A stretch of 59,225 bases of DNA, filler included, from 5 parts of 5 records of this genome joined end to end with filler, not necessarily neighbours in it; one strand, 5' to 3'; positions 9,356-18,735 are shown, counted from the first letter of the whole stretch. Notes: generated from the letters alone by a model not told the origin. Program-made: numbers and translations.

Positions 9356-9847
9356 ATGCTGAATTGGACTAAGAGACGCCAGACAGAATTTGTCATCTTG
9401 CCCGGAAGGGGAGTTGAGGGTTGCGAAATTGGTTTTGACAAGACCACTGCACGCGATACATTTGGCAAACCGCAAAAGGAAGGCACGAAATACCTTCATT
9501 TTTACAGGACTGGGTTGGACGTATACACGGACTTTTTCACAAAAACGATTCTGTCCTTCCACTTCTTCTATCTATCCGATGAGCATCGACGGTTCTCGGG
9601 CGCTACTGCCGATGGAATTGGCGCTGATGCTACCATCGCCGACGTTCTCGAAGCTCATGGGGAACCCGATGACAGCGGGCATTCTGGCGACAACATAATC
9701 GAAACGCTGATGTATTGGCGACTTGGGATGGTCTATGATTTTAGAGACAAAAAACTCGCTCACATCACCGTTGTTGAACCGAAGCGCGACGAAAAATCCG
9801 GCGGGAAACTATCCGCTGCACCCGAGGCGCCGAGCCAAGCGTTTTGA
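9356..9847 (+). CDS. Cassette 2 hypothetical protein
   Basis: 163-aa ORF filling the cassette, with its stop inside attC-like site 3. Confidence 0.75.
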   Translation: MLNWTKRRQTEFVILPGRGVEGCEIGFDKTTARDTFGKPQKEGTKYLHFYRTGLDVYTDFFTKTILSFHFFYLSDEHRRFSGATADGIGADATIADVLEAHGEPDDSGHSGDNIIETLMYWRLGMVYDFRDKKLAHITVVEPKRDEKSGGKLSAAPEAPSQAF

Positions 9848-9893
9848 CAATGGAAGATCTCTCGCGGCGACCGGCTGATCGGTATCGTTCGTC
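9803..9893 (+). repeat. attC-like site 3
   Basis: GGGAAAC-TATCCGCTGCACCCGAGGCGCCG...CGGCGACCGGCTGATCGGTATC-GTTCGTC, 91 bp. Confidence 0.75.
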
Positions 9894-9930
9894 GCTCATC
9901 GAACCGATAAGCTCAAACCAATAGATGCAT

Positions 9931-10470
9931 ATGGCTAAGATACTTACCTCAATTATTGCGATGGCATTGTTTGCAGTTTCGTCATGGCACACAGATGACG
10001 CGTTGCTTCATACCCAAGGTAGCACCAAAACATTTACGAATGGACAATCCTACCCTGAGGGCGAGTTACGCTTCGTTGTTCCTGAAATATTCGTGAAGCA
10101 AGCTTGCGAGGTGCTAGAGACTCCTAGTTCACTATCTGATTTCGAGATCGTTTTCGTCGGCCACGAAGCAAGTTCTGGATATATTACCCTGGATGGGGCA
10201 TTCTCGGCCTCAAAAGAGCATGACTTCGATTTTGCTTTACGTGATGTCGAGTATTCCCGCGGTGAGAAATCGACGCTCGCAACCGGCAACGTTGTTTTTG
10301 GTGACACGAAGAAATTCACTCATCGGTTCGTGGTATCCGTACAGAAGATCGGCGAATCTGGCGCCAAAGAGAACCGTCATGACCGGCTGGAAGGCCATAT
10401 CTGCTGGCCCGCACTGCTGGATGCACGCGACGAACAAAGCGATAAACGCAGAGTCGCCGAGCCAAACTAG
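9931..10470 (+). CDS. Cassette 3 hypothetical exported protein
   Basis: MAKILTSIIAMALFAVSS signal-like N-terminus; stop inside attC-like site 4. Confidence 0.7.
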   Translation: MAKILTSIIAMALFAVSSWHTDDALLHTQGSTKTFTNGQSYPEGELRFVVPEIFVKQACEVLETPSSLSDFEIVFVGHEASSGYITLDGAFSASKEHDFDFALRDVEYSRGEKSTLATGNVVFGDTKKFTHRFVVSVQKIGESGAKENRHDRLEGHICWPALLDARDEQSDKRRVAEPN

Positions 10471-10519
10471 TTTTACATCATTATCATCTACGGCGACCTG
10501 GTTATCGCTGACGTTCGTC
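10429..10519 (+). repeat. attC-like site 4
   Basis: GACGAAC-AAAGCGATAAACGCAGAGTCGCCG...CGGCGACCTGGTTATCGCTGAC-GTTCGTC, 91 bp; inner AGCGATAA/TTATCGCT and GTCGCCG/CGGCGAC pairs with unpaired bases. Confidence 0.85.
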
Positions 10520-10571
10520 GCCCTTGCACATCTAGTTGCCTGAAGTGTTCGAACCACAGAAAGGAAAAGCC

Positions 10572-10805
10572 ATGAAGAGAACAATCAAACGGCAAGCTAT
10601 TACGGCCGCATTGATCTGGGAACTCTGTTGGTTACCCATTGAAATTGCCTTTGTGGGTCTCGGTCTCTGGTTGTCGCTCAAACTCCAATGGATGACAATC
10701 GGCGGCCTTTGGCTGCTGGCATTCCTCGCCGTCGATTTCATGGTCAGATACCAGCACTATTCGAAAGTCGCGCCAACAATTCACGGCCCGCAGCTTGAGC
10801 GGTAG
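10572..10805 (+). CDS. Cassette 4 small membrane protein (possibly truncated)
   Basis: AAGGA before the ATG, two hydrophobic segments; stops about 110 bp before the next attC-like site. Confidence 0.6.
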   Translation: MKRTIKRQAITAALIWELCWLPIEIAFVGLGLWLSLKLQWMTIGGLWLLAFLAVDFMVRYQHYSKVAPTIHGPQLER

Positions 10806-10917
10806 CTGCGAAGAACCAGCGGATACGAGCGTAGTATCGGACGTGCGCCTTGGACAAATGGTTTTTGCGGCAGGGCTCCAATCCCAATCTGTTCGAAGCA
10901 CACACGAACAGACTGGC

Positions 10918-11006
10918 GACGAACCAAGCGTTGCAACCAAGCCGCCGCGCCTGTCCGGCGTGCTAAACAATCAACCCCGGCGGCTCGCTGAACGCCAGCG
11001 TTCCGC
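10918..11006 (+). repeat. attC-like site 5
   Basis: GACGAAC-CAAGCGTTGCAACCAAGCCGCCG...CGGCGGCTCGCTGAACGCCAGC-GTTCCGC, 89 bp, similar to site 1. Confidence 0.85.
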
Positions 11007-11041
11007 CATTCAAGAGTCTCCGCAACTGGAGAATCACGGAC

Positions 11042-11365
11042 TTGCAAATCAACGCGAACCAGATAGAGCTTCGAACGCTTTTCGTAATCGTTTTATTCGC
11101 GGCATTGGCGACAATTGCAATTCAGTTCATCGCTTCACACGGTCCAGAAATGTTCATTCTTGCGATTATGTTCAGTGCTGCGCTAGCCCTTGCAGGCTTT
11201 GGCCTCATTGGGTTTGCACTACTGATGGCATTTTCAATTCTGCTGACACCAAACGACGGCGAACAACGAACTAACCTTTATCGATGTGGCAATCTGGCAG
11301 TGATTGGCTCAATGGCGGTACTTCCGCTCCTGATGTGGATCTTGATTCTTCCGCACACAAGGTAA
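11042..11365 (+). CDS. Cassette 5 small membrane protein
   Basis: TTG start after GGAG, three hydrophobic segments, QIELRTLF-type N-terminus often seen in planctomycete small proteins. Confidence 0.65.
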   Translation: MQINANQIELRTLFVIVLFAALATIAIQFIASHGPEMFILAIMFSAALALAGFGLIGFALLMAFSILLTPNDGEQRTNLYRCGNLAVIGSMAVLPLLMWILILPHTR

Positions 11366-11465
11366 TGTTGGCCAATAAGACAGGCACTGGCCGGAAATTT
11401 GCGACGGTTTTGTCAATGCTACAATGTCACCTAGAGGTCTCGGGGCTCGTAGAAATGCGTAACGG

Positions 11466-11535
11466 GCGAAACCAAGCGTTGCAACCGAGTTCTCGATGCC
11501 ATCCTGAATTATATCGACATCAATCCCTCGAACCG
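11466..11535 (+). repeat. attC-like site 6, right arm missing
   Basis: GCGAAAC-CAAGCGTTGCAACCGAGTTCTCGA...CTCGAACC; the left arm matches sites 1 and 5, but no ...AACGC..CGTT right arm follows. Confidence 0.6.
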
Positions 11536-11859
11536 CCTCTTCCAAGTTGTGTTCTACGAAACGGGGTGCGCGGGGCTGCGACCGAAAGTGGACTAAGCGA
11601 CTATTCGAGGTGTGAATGCCAGTGCGCGTGCTGGGCCTACGGCATCCTCTCAGTATTCTTTGCAAGCTCTTGTTCGGCGTAGCTTTCAAGCAGGCCAGAT
11701 TCTTTAGGACGGCGTGGTCTTCATATTCTGGACACTGCGATGCCGTCGTGTCGCTGTCGCATCATATCTGTTGCCCGGGTGCAACGCAATGAGCGTTCAC
11801 CTGCGCCGCATACATCGCTTTGCTCGGTCGACCTGGCAGATCCTCTCTAGTGGAGGGAC

Positions 11860-12030
11860 TCAGCGAAGGAGTCCCAATAGAATCCAGATGGCGGCGATTG
11901 CTGGCACGGCAACTGCAATCACTATGCGCATCGAGAGCCACGGGAAAGCTTGGCGCTTGGCTTTTGGAGCCTTCGCAAAAGCAATCTTGGCGTCGTTATC
12001 ATCTAATCGCTCGATTTCGTTCAAATTCAT
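11860..12030 (-). pseudogene. Short or decayed membrane-anchored ORF (MNLNEIERL...IVIAVAVPAIAAIWILLGLLR)
   Basis: GGAG upstream of the ATG, one transmembrane-like segment followed by an early stop. Confidence 0.3.
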
Positions 12031-12326
12031 GCTGATGCAACTCCCTAAATTTGTTGACTACTTAGTTGGCGTTAACGGGCGGAAGTTTGGGCGCGGAAAG
12101 GGTGTTTTTCGGGCGACTTAAGACTGGATCGACCGGGGGCTAGTATCCCAGGCCTGTTCGTTTGATCGGCCCATCCAATGCTTTCGTGAACGCAGAGCGA
12201 TCTTCTTGGCGATCCAGTCCTTGTATGCAGGCTCGAAAATTCGTGGTTAAGGAGCGACTCAAGTCGGCACTCGCTTCCCACTAGCCAGTTGACTCCGAAC
12301 CCTATCCTGAAGGCGGGGCGTTTCGG

Positions 12327-12824
12327 TTATAGGCCCGTTGCTAAATCAATTGCGCGAATCACCAGGTCCTCGTCAGGAAGGTCGCGAATCACAAACGGGT
12401 TGTGTGGATCTGATGGCTTGTAAATTGCAATCAATGGCACCGAAGAAACACCGAGTGAATCCAGCAGTTCTTGCATTGTGCCGTGAGATTCATTCGTCCA
12501 CTCGGCTTCAAGCAAGACCACGCCGCGATCTCGAATCTTTCGAGTAACCTCGCCAGACACCCAACGCATCGGGTTGGAGGTGTTGATTGACCAGTCGCCA
12601 TAAGCGACGACCATAACGGCCTTGCCGTGGTTCAGCTTTGAATCGAGCAGCTCCCGAGTATAGGTTTGGTAGTAAGGCGGGAGCCGATTCAGGTACTCTT
12701 TGATTCCCAGTGAGATTAACGCGGACGCAGCAGTCAGAATCAGCATCCACGCAAAGCTAAAACGGAAGCCTCTCGATGGAGTTGAAGTTTCGCTTTTCCG
12801 TTGCGTTGATGTAGTCGACGGCAT
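12327..12824 (-). CDS. Membrane-anchored thioredoxin-fold (DsbD gamma-like) protein lacking CxxC
   Basis: GKAVMVVAYGDWSINT, LLEAEWT and LG..SVPLIAIY resemble DsbD-gamma/Thioredoxin_7; the protein has no Cys. Confidence 0.65.
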   Translation of the reverse strand: MPSTTSTQRKSETSTPSRGFRFSFAWMLILTAASALISLGIKEYLNRLPPYYQTYTRELLDSKLNHGKAVMVVAYGDWSINTSNPMRWVSGEVTRKIRDRGVVLLEAEWTNESHGTMQELLDSLGVSSVPLIAIYKPSDPHNPFVIRDLPDEDLVIRAIDLATGL

Positions 12825-13435
12825 AGCTTGTCATCCTTGCGATTCTACAAATGAGTGCGCCTAACTCTCGCCCGCACGGCGTTGTGTTTTGTAAACCTGC
12901 TTGCCCCGCGGTACTGGGCTCAGGCGCAACCGCGAGTATTGCGGGTGGTGGTGACTTCATTTGTCAACATGAGCGGCAGTAACGCACAATGCGGTGCACC
13001 TTCCATGTACGAAGGTTCGACTACAGAGGTTGTCGCGGAATAGCTTTTTTATGGGCCTGTCTTCGAGCTTGCGTTTGGCAATCGCCCCACAGATCGAGAG
13101 ACGATGGAGGCTGCTCACAAGGAGGCTGAATCTGGCAGCAACGCGGTTTACGGGCAATGAAGTCTCCGAAAGCCGGCCAAGCCGGTCGACGCTGACTGGT
13201 CCACGCTGCGAAAGTCGCCAGGGATTTGGCAAACTTTGGGCTCTGGTAACTTGCGGCGGGGCTAGCTAGCTATTACGGTGGAATCTTGTTCTTCGCTGGA
13301 TACCGCTGATTCGTCAGTGTCGCCCCGAAACCTACCTTCCACCAGCCGATACTTCGTCGCTTGCATGCTCGCTGTTGACACGACGAAAGACTAACTTCGT
13401 AGCACCAGCGATGCGACCGAGATGAACCACAAGAG

Positions 13436-16126
13436 ATGCATATGAACTATAGGTATGACGCCGAGTTGACGCGGCAGCTTCGGTGTGTGGGGCTGGCTCT
13501 GCTGATCGCAAGCGGAGTTTTCTTGTGCCCCGCCGCTGTGGCACAGGAGAAAGCCACGGCAAAAGCGAAAGCCGCTGAAGCTGATCCGAAGGCTCCTCCC
13601 CAGCCACCCGCTCAAAGCGACGCTGAGAAGGATGGAGAGGAAAAGGGCGACGGCGAAGCTGATGCGCCTCCCACAATGGCAATTGTCGGTGCTGACATAC
13701 ACACTCAGACCGGGCGTGGCGTGATCGCCGGTGGAACGATTCTGATTAGCAACGACAAGATCGTCGCGGTCGGAGACGGTGATCTTCAAATTCCCGATGG
13801 CGTTGAGACCGTCGATGGGGCGGGCTTGAACATCACGCCTGGCTTAATTGATTCACACAGTCGTCTTTGGTTGACGAGCTCCGCCGCCTCAGCAACGGCC
13901 AGCGATGGTTCCTTGAAAGTGCTCGATGGGGTTGACCCATTTGATGAGCAATGGAATGAAGTCATTCGCCACGGAGTGACGAGTGTCTATGTGCAGCCTG
14001 GCTCACGCGGAACGCTCGGAGGGTTCGGGGCCGTTCTATCAGTTGTACCGGGAGAGCTTGGTCCGGAGGTTCACTGCGAACTGGCTTCTCTACAGGCATC
14101 GTTGGGAATCGGTGCGACGACGAACCTTACACGGAATCAGCAGTACGAGCGCACGAAGAAAGCTCTCCAAGCGGCCGTTGACTATCAGAAGAAGGTCGAC
14201 GCCTATGCTGCCTATATGAAGAAGCAGGAGGCGGAGAAGAAGAAGGCCGCGGCTAAATCGAATTCGACGAAGAAGCCTGCCTCCAAGTCATCAACCAAGT
14301 CAGACGCGAAAACTGAAGCAACTGCAAAGAAGCCAACGACGGACCCAAGAGCCAAGGCGTCTTCGAAGCCGAGTTCATCAAGCTCGACTGCAAAGAGTGC
14401 ATCGGAAAAGAAGGAAAAGGCTCCTGAGAAGCCCGACGTTGATAAAAAGAAGGCCAGGCTTGCGAAAGTTGTGGCTGGTAAAATTCCGCTTCGCCTTGAG
14501 ATCAATTCGTCCGACGATGCTTATTACGCGCAGAAACTGCTAAAGGATTTCAAGGATCTGCAAGTAATTTTCACGGGGCTAGGTGATCTACGATCTGCCA
14601 AGGCAGACGTCGTCGATCTGAACGCACCGATGATTCTGGGGCCTTGGGTGGAAACAGAATCTAGCTACCGATCGCAGCCCGATAGTTGTGACCAGTGGGC
14701 CGAGTTGCTCGATGACTACGAAGGTGCCATTGTCGTGGCATCCAACGGAACCAACTCGCGAAGTTCTCGATTGCTCCGGGCACACGCTGCTCAAGCGGTT
14801 GCTTCGGGGCTCGATCACGCAACGGCCCTTGCTTCAATTACTTCTACGGCCGCTCGAGTGCTTGGCGTGGGCGACAAGATAGGAAGCGTCAAGGCTGGGA
14901 CACGTGCAGACCTGGTTGCCTTCGCTGGCGATCCTCTCGACAGCTCAGCACCAATCGTGTGGGTGATCTCTGGTGGCAAGATCGTCCATCAGGATTCCAA
15001 AGAATCGCACTCCCATGGAGCATACTCTGTTGCGGCTGAGACGGATGTCTCGATGCCACGTGCGGGTAAGATCGCAATCAAGACGAACAATTTTCTCTTG
15101 CCCAGTGGAAAAGTCGCATCACGTGTTGTTGTCATCAATCGCAAACGCGGCACGATGACAGCAACCAAACCTGGCGAATTCAAGGCTGGCAAGGGAACCA
15201 AGGTAGTCGACGTCGGGGACGCTTGGATAACGCCGGGACTATTCTCAGCACACTCAACACTTGGACTAAACCAGCTTGTCGACCCTCGCCTGTCTGATTC
15301 CAGTTATGTGGTCGCGGGCGACGCGATATCCCCCGGATTCACTCGAGAAGATGACTTGGTTGAGACGGGGTTGTTGAAAGTACTTCTTTCCCCAAGCGAC
15401 CGAAACACGCTTTCCGGTTCGAGCAGTTTGGTGCGACTGGGAGCAAAAGAGCAAGTTGCTGAGTCAATCGCAGCTCTCAAGTTCTCGATGACCGCGTCCG
15501 CTCGCACCACCGACCGCTTCCCATCGAGCCTGGCCGGTCAAGCGCAACTGATCAAAGAATCCCTGGACGGCAAACTGCTGGACACGCGACTGTACATTCC
15601 CGAAGCTGTCCAAGAGCAACTGGCCCAACAACGGCTCCAGCGGCTGAAGAGTGCCTCGGACGGTAAGACGCTTACGATCATCTCGGTTTCCAGTGATGCA
15701 GAGATCCGTGCGGCCCTCGACCTGGTCGAGCAACGCAAACTGAAGGCTGCATTGGTTGGACCCGCTCAACTCGCTCCGTTTGCGGATCGCATTGCTGAGC
15801 TAGGTGTTTCCGTTATTGCACGCCCAATCACATCGACCGACTACGATTGGTACACAGCGGATCTAGCTGCTGCATCCGAGGCGGGTGTTGAGATCACTTT
15901 CTCTGGTGAGCGTGCTCAGCAACTGCGGCTCTCGGCAGCACTTGCCGTTCAGAGCGGTATGCCAACGCAGAGGGCTCTCGCAAGTCTTTGCTATGGACCG
16001 GCATCGCTGACTGTAGAAACGAACAACGCTGACCTCGTCATCTGGACCGGATCACCCCTGAACTTGTCATCCAAAATCCTAAGCATCATGGTGGACGGAA
16101 ATGTTGTCACTTCGGATGCGAACTGA
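13436..16126 (+). CDS. Exported double-domain amidohydrolase-fold protein (both metal sites degenerate)
   Basis: Signal-like N-terminus; ITPGLIDSHSR and ITPGLFSAHST; GS-K-G--ADLV and ADLVIWTGSPL. Confidence 0.9.
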   Translation: MHMNYRYDAELTRQLRCVGLALLIASGVFLCPAAVAQEKATAKAKAAEADPKAPPQPPAQSDAEKDGEEKGDGEADAPPTMAIVGADIHTQTGRGVIAGGTILISNDKIVAVGDGDLQIPDGVETVDGAGLNITPGLIDSHSRLWLTSSAASATASDGSLKVLDGVDPFDEQWNEVIRHGVTSVYVQPGSRGTLGGFGAVLSVVPGELGPEVHCELASLQASLGIGATTNLTRNQQYERTKKALQAAVDYQKKVDAYAAYMKKQEAEKKKAAAKSNSTKKPASKSSTKSDAKTEATAKKPTTDPRAKASSKPSSSSSTAKSASEKKEKAPEKPDVDKKKARLAKVVAGKIPLRLEINSSDDAYYAQKLLKDFKDLQVIFTGLGDLRSAKADVVDLNAPMILGPWVETESSYRSQPDSCDQWAELLDDYEGAIVVASNGTNSRSSRLLRAHAAQAVASGLDHATALASITSTAARVLGVGDKIGSVKAGTRADLVAFAGDPLDSSAPIVWVISGGKIVHQDSKESHSHGAYSVAAETDVSMPRAGKIAIKTNNFLLPSGKVASRVVVINRKRGTMTATKPGEFKAGKGTKVVDVGDAWITPGLFSAHSTLGLNQLVDPRLSDSSYVVAGDAISPGFTREDDLVETGLLKVLLSPSDRNTLSGSSSLVRLGAKEQVAESIAALKFSMTASARTTDRFPSSLAGQAQLIKESLDGKLLDTRLYIPEAVQEQLAQQRLQRLKSASDGKTLTIISVSSDAEIRAALDLVEQRKLKAALVGPAQLAPFADRIAELGVSVIARPITSTDYDWYTADLAAASEAGVEITFSGERAQQLRLSAALAVQSGMPTQRALASLCYGPASLTVETNNADLVIWTGSPLNLSSKILSIMVDGNVVTSDAN

Positions 16127-16133
16127 GGGATCG

Positions 16134-17354
16134 ATGAGAACTGAGATTAGCTACATGAAATTGCAAACACTCGCGCTGCAACTCACCCTGGCATTTGTGA
16201 TGGTGCCCGTTACGTGGTGTGCCGCCGAAGACACTGTGCTCATCAGTGCGGAACACGTTTACACCATCGGCGGCGATGTTCTCTCGCCTGGACAGGTGCT
16301 GGTGCGAGACGGCAAAGTTCAGTCGGTCGCAAAGCAGATTGACGTCGATTCAGGTGTCGAGGAGCTGAAAGTGCACTCGCTCATGCCTGGTATTGTCAAC
16401 GCTTTCAGTCGAGCTGGAATTCGCGGAGGTGGGGCCGAACTGTCGCGTGAAGTAACACCGGATTTCAACACAGCAAGCACGATCGATTGGAGCGCCCGCG
16501 ACTTCGCCGAGGAGCTCGACCAAGGCGTCACAACCGTTCACATTCTGCCGGAAACGCAGAGCGTCTTCTCGGGCTTTTCGTTGGTTGCCAAGACTGCTGG
16601 CAAAGAAGAAAGCATGCTTCTCAGCCCCGAGCAATCGGTGGTCATAGCCGTAAGCAGCGACCCAACTTCTCGCAACCGCTCTCGTAGCCGTCCGGACAGC
16701 ATCTATGTTCGGCAGCCGACGAATCGCATGGGAGTTATCTGGATCATTCGCAGCACACTGCACCGAACGCAGCAGGGCGAGGTGTCTGACGCGCTCGACT
16801 CTACGACAACCGGCGTGCTCAAGGGCATGCTCGATGGCTCACGTGAAGTCGTCAGCGTCAGTCGTAAGGATTACGACATTCGCAGTGCGTTGGAATTGGG
16901 CGAGAATTTTGGATTTCAACCAGCGATTTACGGTGGCGACGAAGTCTACCGGATGATGGACGAATTCAAGGATTCCGGTGCACCGTTGGTCTACACGGCT
17001 CTGACGGTCAATGGTTCCGCGCGAAGCCTCCGGGGTGCCGAGGGTTCTGAGCTACGTTGGAACGTACCGGGTAAGCTGCAGTCAGCCGGTGTAACTTTTT
17101 GTCTCGCCGGAGAGAACGTTTTGGACCAAGCTCGCTTTGCAGTTCGATTTGGACTTTCCAAGAGCGAAGCCCTGTCAGCGATTACCCTGCGACCCGCACA
17201 AATACTGAAACTAGAAAACCAAGTCGGTTCAATTGCCGCTGGCAAGCAAGCTGACTTGGTCGCATTGAGTGGAGATCCGTTACAGCCAACCTCGACCATT
17301 TCCTGGACGATGGTGGGTGGGAAGATTTACGGCAACATCGAGAGCAACAAATGA
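16134..17354 (+). CDS. Exported amidohydrolase-fold protein (no metal ligands)
   Basis: MPGIVNAFSR, GVTTV, GSIAAGKQADLV; start 16134 or 16155. Confidence 0.88.
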   Translation: MRTEISYMKLQTLALQLTLAFVMVPVTWCAAEDTVLISAEHVYTIGGDVLSPGQVLVRDGKVQSVAKQIDVDSGVEELKVHSLMPGIVNAFSRAGIRGGGAELSREVTPDFNTASTIDWSARDFAEELDQGVTTVHILPETQSVFSGFSLVAKTAGKEESMLLSPEQSVVIAVSSDPTSRNRSRSRPDSIYVRQPTNRMGVIWIIRSTLHRTQQGEVSDALDSTTTGVLKGMLDGSREVVSVSRKDYDIRSALELGENFGFQPAIYGGDEVYRMMDEFKDSGAPLVYTALTVNGSARSLRGAEGSELRWNVPGKLQSAGVTFCLAGENVLDQARFAVRFGLSKSEALSAITLRPAQILKLENQVGSIAAGKQADLVALSGDPLQPTSTISWTMVGGKIYGNIESNK

Positions 17355-18733
17355 AGCACTATCACTCACCCAAGACACTGACTTTCTGGGGTGCCCTGTT
17401 TTGCGCAGTCGTTAGCGCGGCTGCACCGGTGATCGGTGCAGGGCCTCTCGCCATTCAAGGTGCGAAGATCATCACCGTGACTGGTGATGTCATTGAAAAT
17501 GGCACGGTGCTCGTACGTGACGGACGCATCGAAGCGGTTGGCACTGACGTGAAAGTCCCGGGAGAAGCCTTTGTTATCGATGGAACTGGCAAAGTTGTCA
17601 TGCCAGGGATTATCGACACGCATAATGCGGCCGGAATGAGTCAGGCGAATGAGCAAGCCTCCGTTGTTCCGTTCCTGTCGGTGGTTGATTCAATCGACCC
17701 AATTGCCGGCTACTTCGACGAATGTCGGCGCAATGGAATTACTACTGCATCGGTCGTGCCCGGTAACAGCACGTTGATCGGCGGCAAGGCGGCGATTGTG
17801 AAAACCGCTGGAGGCTACGTGAACGACATGCTTGTTCGTCGCGACTCCGCACTGAAGCTTTCGCTACGACCTACCGGCGGCAGTCGGATGAGTCAGCTTG
17901 CTCAGTTGCGCAGAGAGTTGGACGCCGCCAAGAAGGCTCTCAAAGAAGAAGCCGAAGCGGAAGAGAAGAAGTCCAAAGACGGCGAATCGGACAAGTCAGA
18001 AAAGAAGAGTGACGACAAGGACGAGAAATCTAAGGCCGACGAGTCAAAGGACAAAGATGCCCCTAAAGACGATGGGGACAAGGCTGCAGAACCGAAGAAG
18101 GAAGAGTCGAGCAAGGCAAAGGACGAAGGCCTTGAAGCGCTGAAGTTAGCTGTTAAGGGCGAGATGCCTGTCTACATCTACTGCGAAGTTGCGATGGATG
18201 TCGCTGCGGCAGAGAAGATCGTCAAAGATTACGGCCTGAACCCGATCTATGTTCTCGGACGTGAATGCTATCCAGCGGCCAAGCTCCTCGCCAAGCAAGA
18301 GCAGCCCGTCATCCTCGACCCAACGCTTGTCTACTGGAAGACGGACCCGCGAACACGGGAAGACGAGAAGATTGAATTGCCGAAGATCTATCACGATGCT
18401 GGCGTGCCGTTTGTGTTCCAGGTGAGTGATTCCAGTCGCCGCACGACGTTGGGAACGAGCTACTTCTGGTACCAGGCTGCAACTGCCGTGAAATACGGTA
18501 TCTCCGAAGCAGACGCCATGGCAGCGCTGACAATCGAGCCAGCCAAGCTGCTCGGTCTTGAAGACAGGATCGGAAGCATCGAAGTTGGCAAAGAGGCTGA
18601 CTTGGTCGTCCTGACCGGTGAACCGCTCGACATCACGACGTGGGTTGAAACCACAATCGTCGACGGTGAGGTCGTCTACAAACGCGATGATGATGAAAAG
18701 CTGAAGCGACTGCTTTCGCCGGAGGTTGAATAA
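17351..18733 (+). CDS. Exported amidohydrolase-fold protein with an acidic/basic insert (degenerate metal site)
   Basis: MPGIIDTHNA, GITTA, GSIEVGKEADLV; ATGA overlap with the previous gene. Confidence 0.9.
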   Translation: MKHYHSPKTLTFWGALFCAVVSAAAPVIGAGPLAIQGAKIITVTGDVIENGTVLVRDGRIEAVGTDVKVPGEAFVIDGTGKVVMPGIIDTHNAAGMSQANEQASVVPFLSVVDSIDPIAGYFDECRRNGITTASVVPGNSTLIGGKAAIVKTAGGYVNDMLVRRDSALKLSLRPTGGSRMSQLAQLRRELDAAKKALKEEAEAEEKKSKDGESDKSEKKSDDKDEKSKADESKDKDAPKDDGDKAAEPKKEESSKAKDEGLEALKLAVKGEMPVYIYCEVAMDVAAAEKIVKDYGLNPIYVLGRECYPAAKLLAKQEQPVILDPTLVYWKTDPRTREDEKIELPKIYHDAGVPFVFQVSDSSRRTTLGTSYFWYQAATAVKYGISEADAMAALTIEPAKLLGLEDRIGSIEVGKEADLVVLTGEPLDITTWVETTIVDGEVVYKRDDDEKLKRLLSPEVE

Positions 18734-18735
18734 GC

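Larger units (their letters stand above)
8609..11535 (+). mobile_element. Integron-type gene cassette array with no integrase on this contig (CALIN-like): five cassettes, six attC-like sites
   Basis: Co-oriented single-ORF units of about 490-630 bp separated by 89-91-bp palindromes. Each cassette's first bases are complementary to the R'' of its own downstream site. Confidence 0.8.

Noticed and set aside
8609-11535. Possible CRISPR array or simple terminators as an explanation for the ~90-bp palindromes
   Set aside because: The repeats are divergent, separated by gene-sized units, lack U tracts and have no cas genes nearby; cassette-end complementarity fits attC better
11590-11680. Minus-strand CGCCGAACAAGAGCTTGCA resembling an attC left arm
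   Set aside because: No complementary right arm or GTT at the expected distance
12251-12272. Small hairpin GCGACTCAAGTCG reminiscent of a REP-like unit
   Set aside because: A single degenerate copy with only a 4-5-bp stem; cannot be supported without a genome-wide count
12326-12865. Thioredoxin-like gene as an inverted cassette (GTTAGGC upstream, GCCTATAAC at the stop)
   Set aside because: Complementarity needs a 2-nt insertion and no full attC palindrome follows; suggestive only
16116-16145. Direct repeat ATGCGAACTGAG / ATGAGAACTGAG at the gene 1/gene 2 junction
   Set aside because: A 12-bp imperfect duplication with no other support; it only makes the start of gene 2 ambiguous
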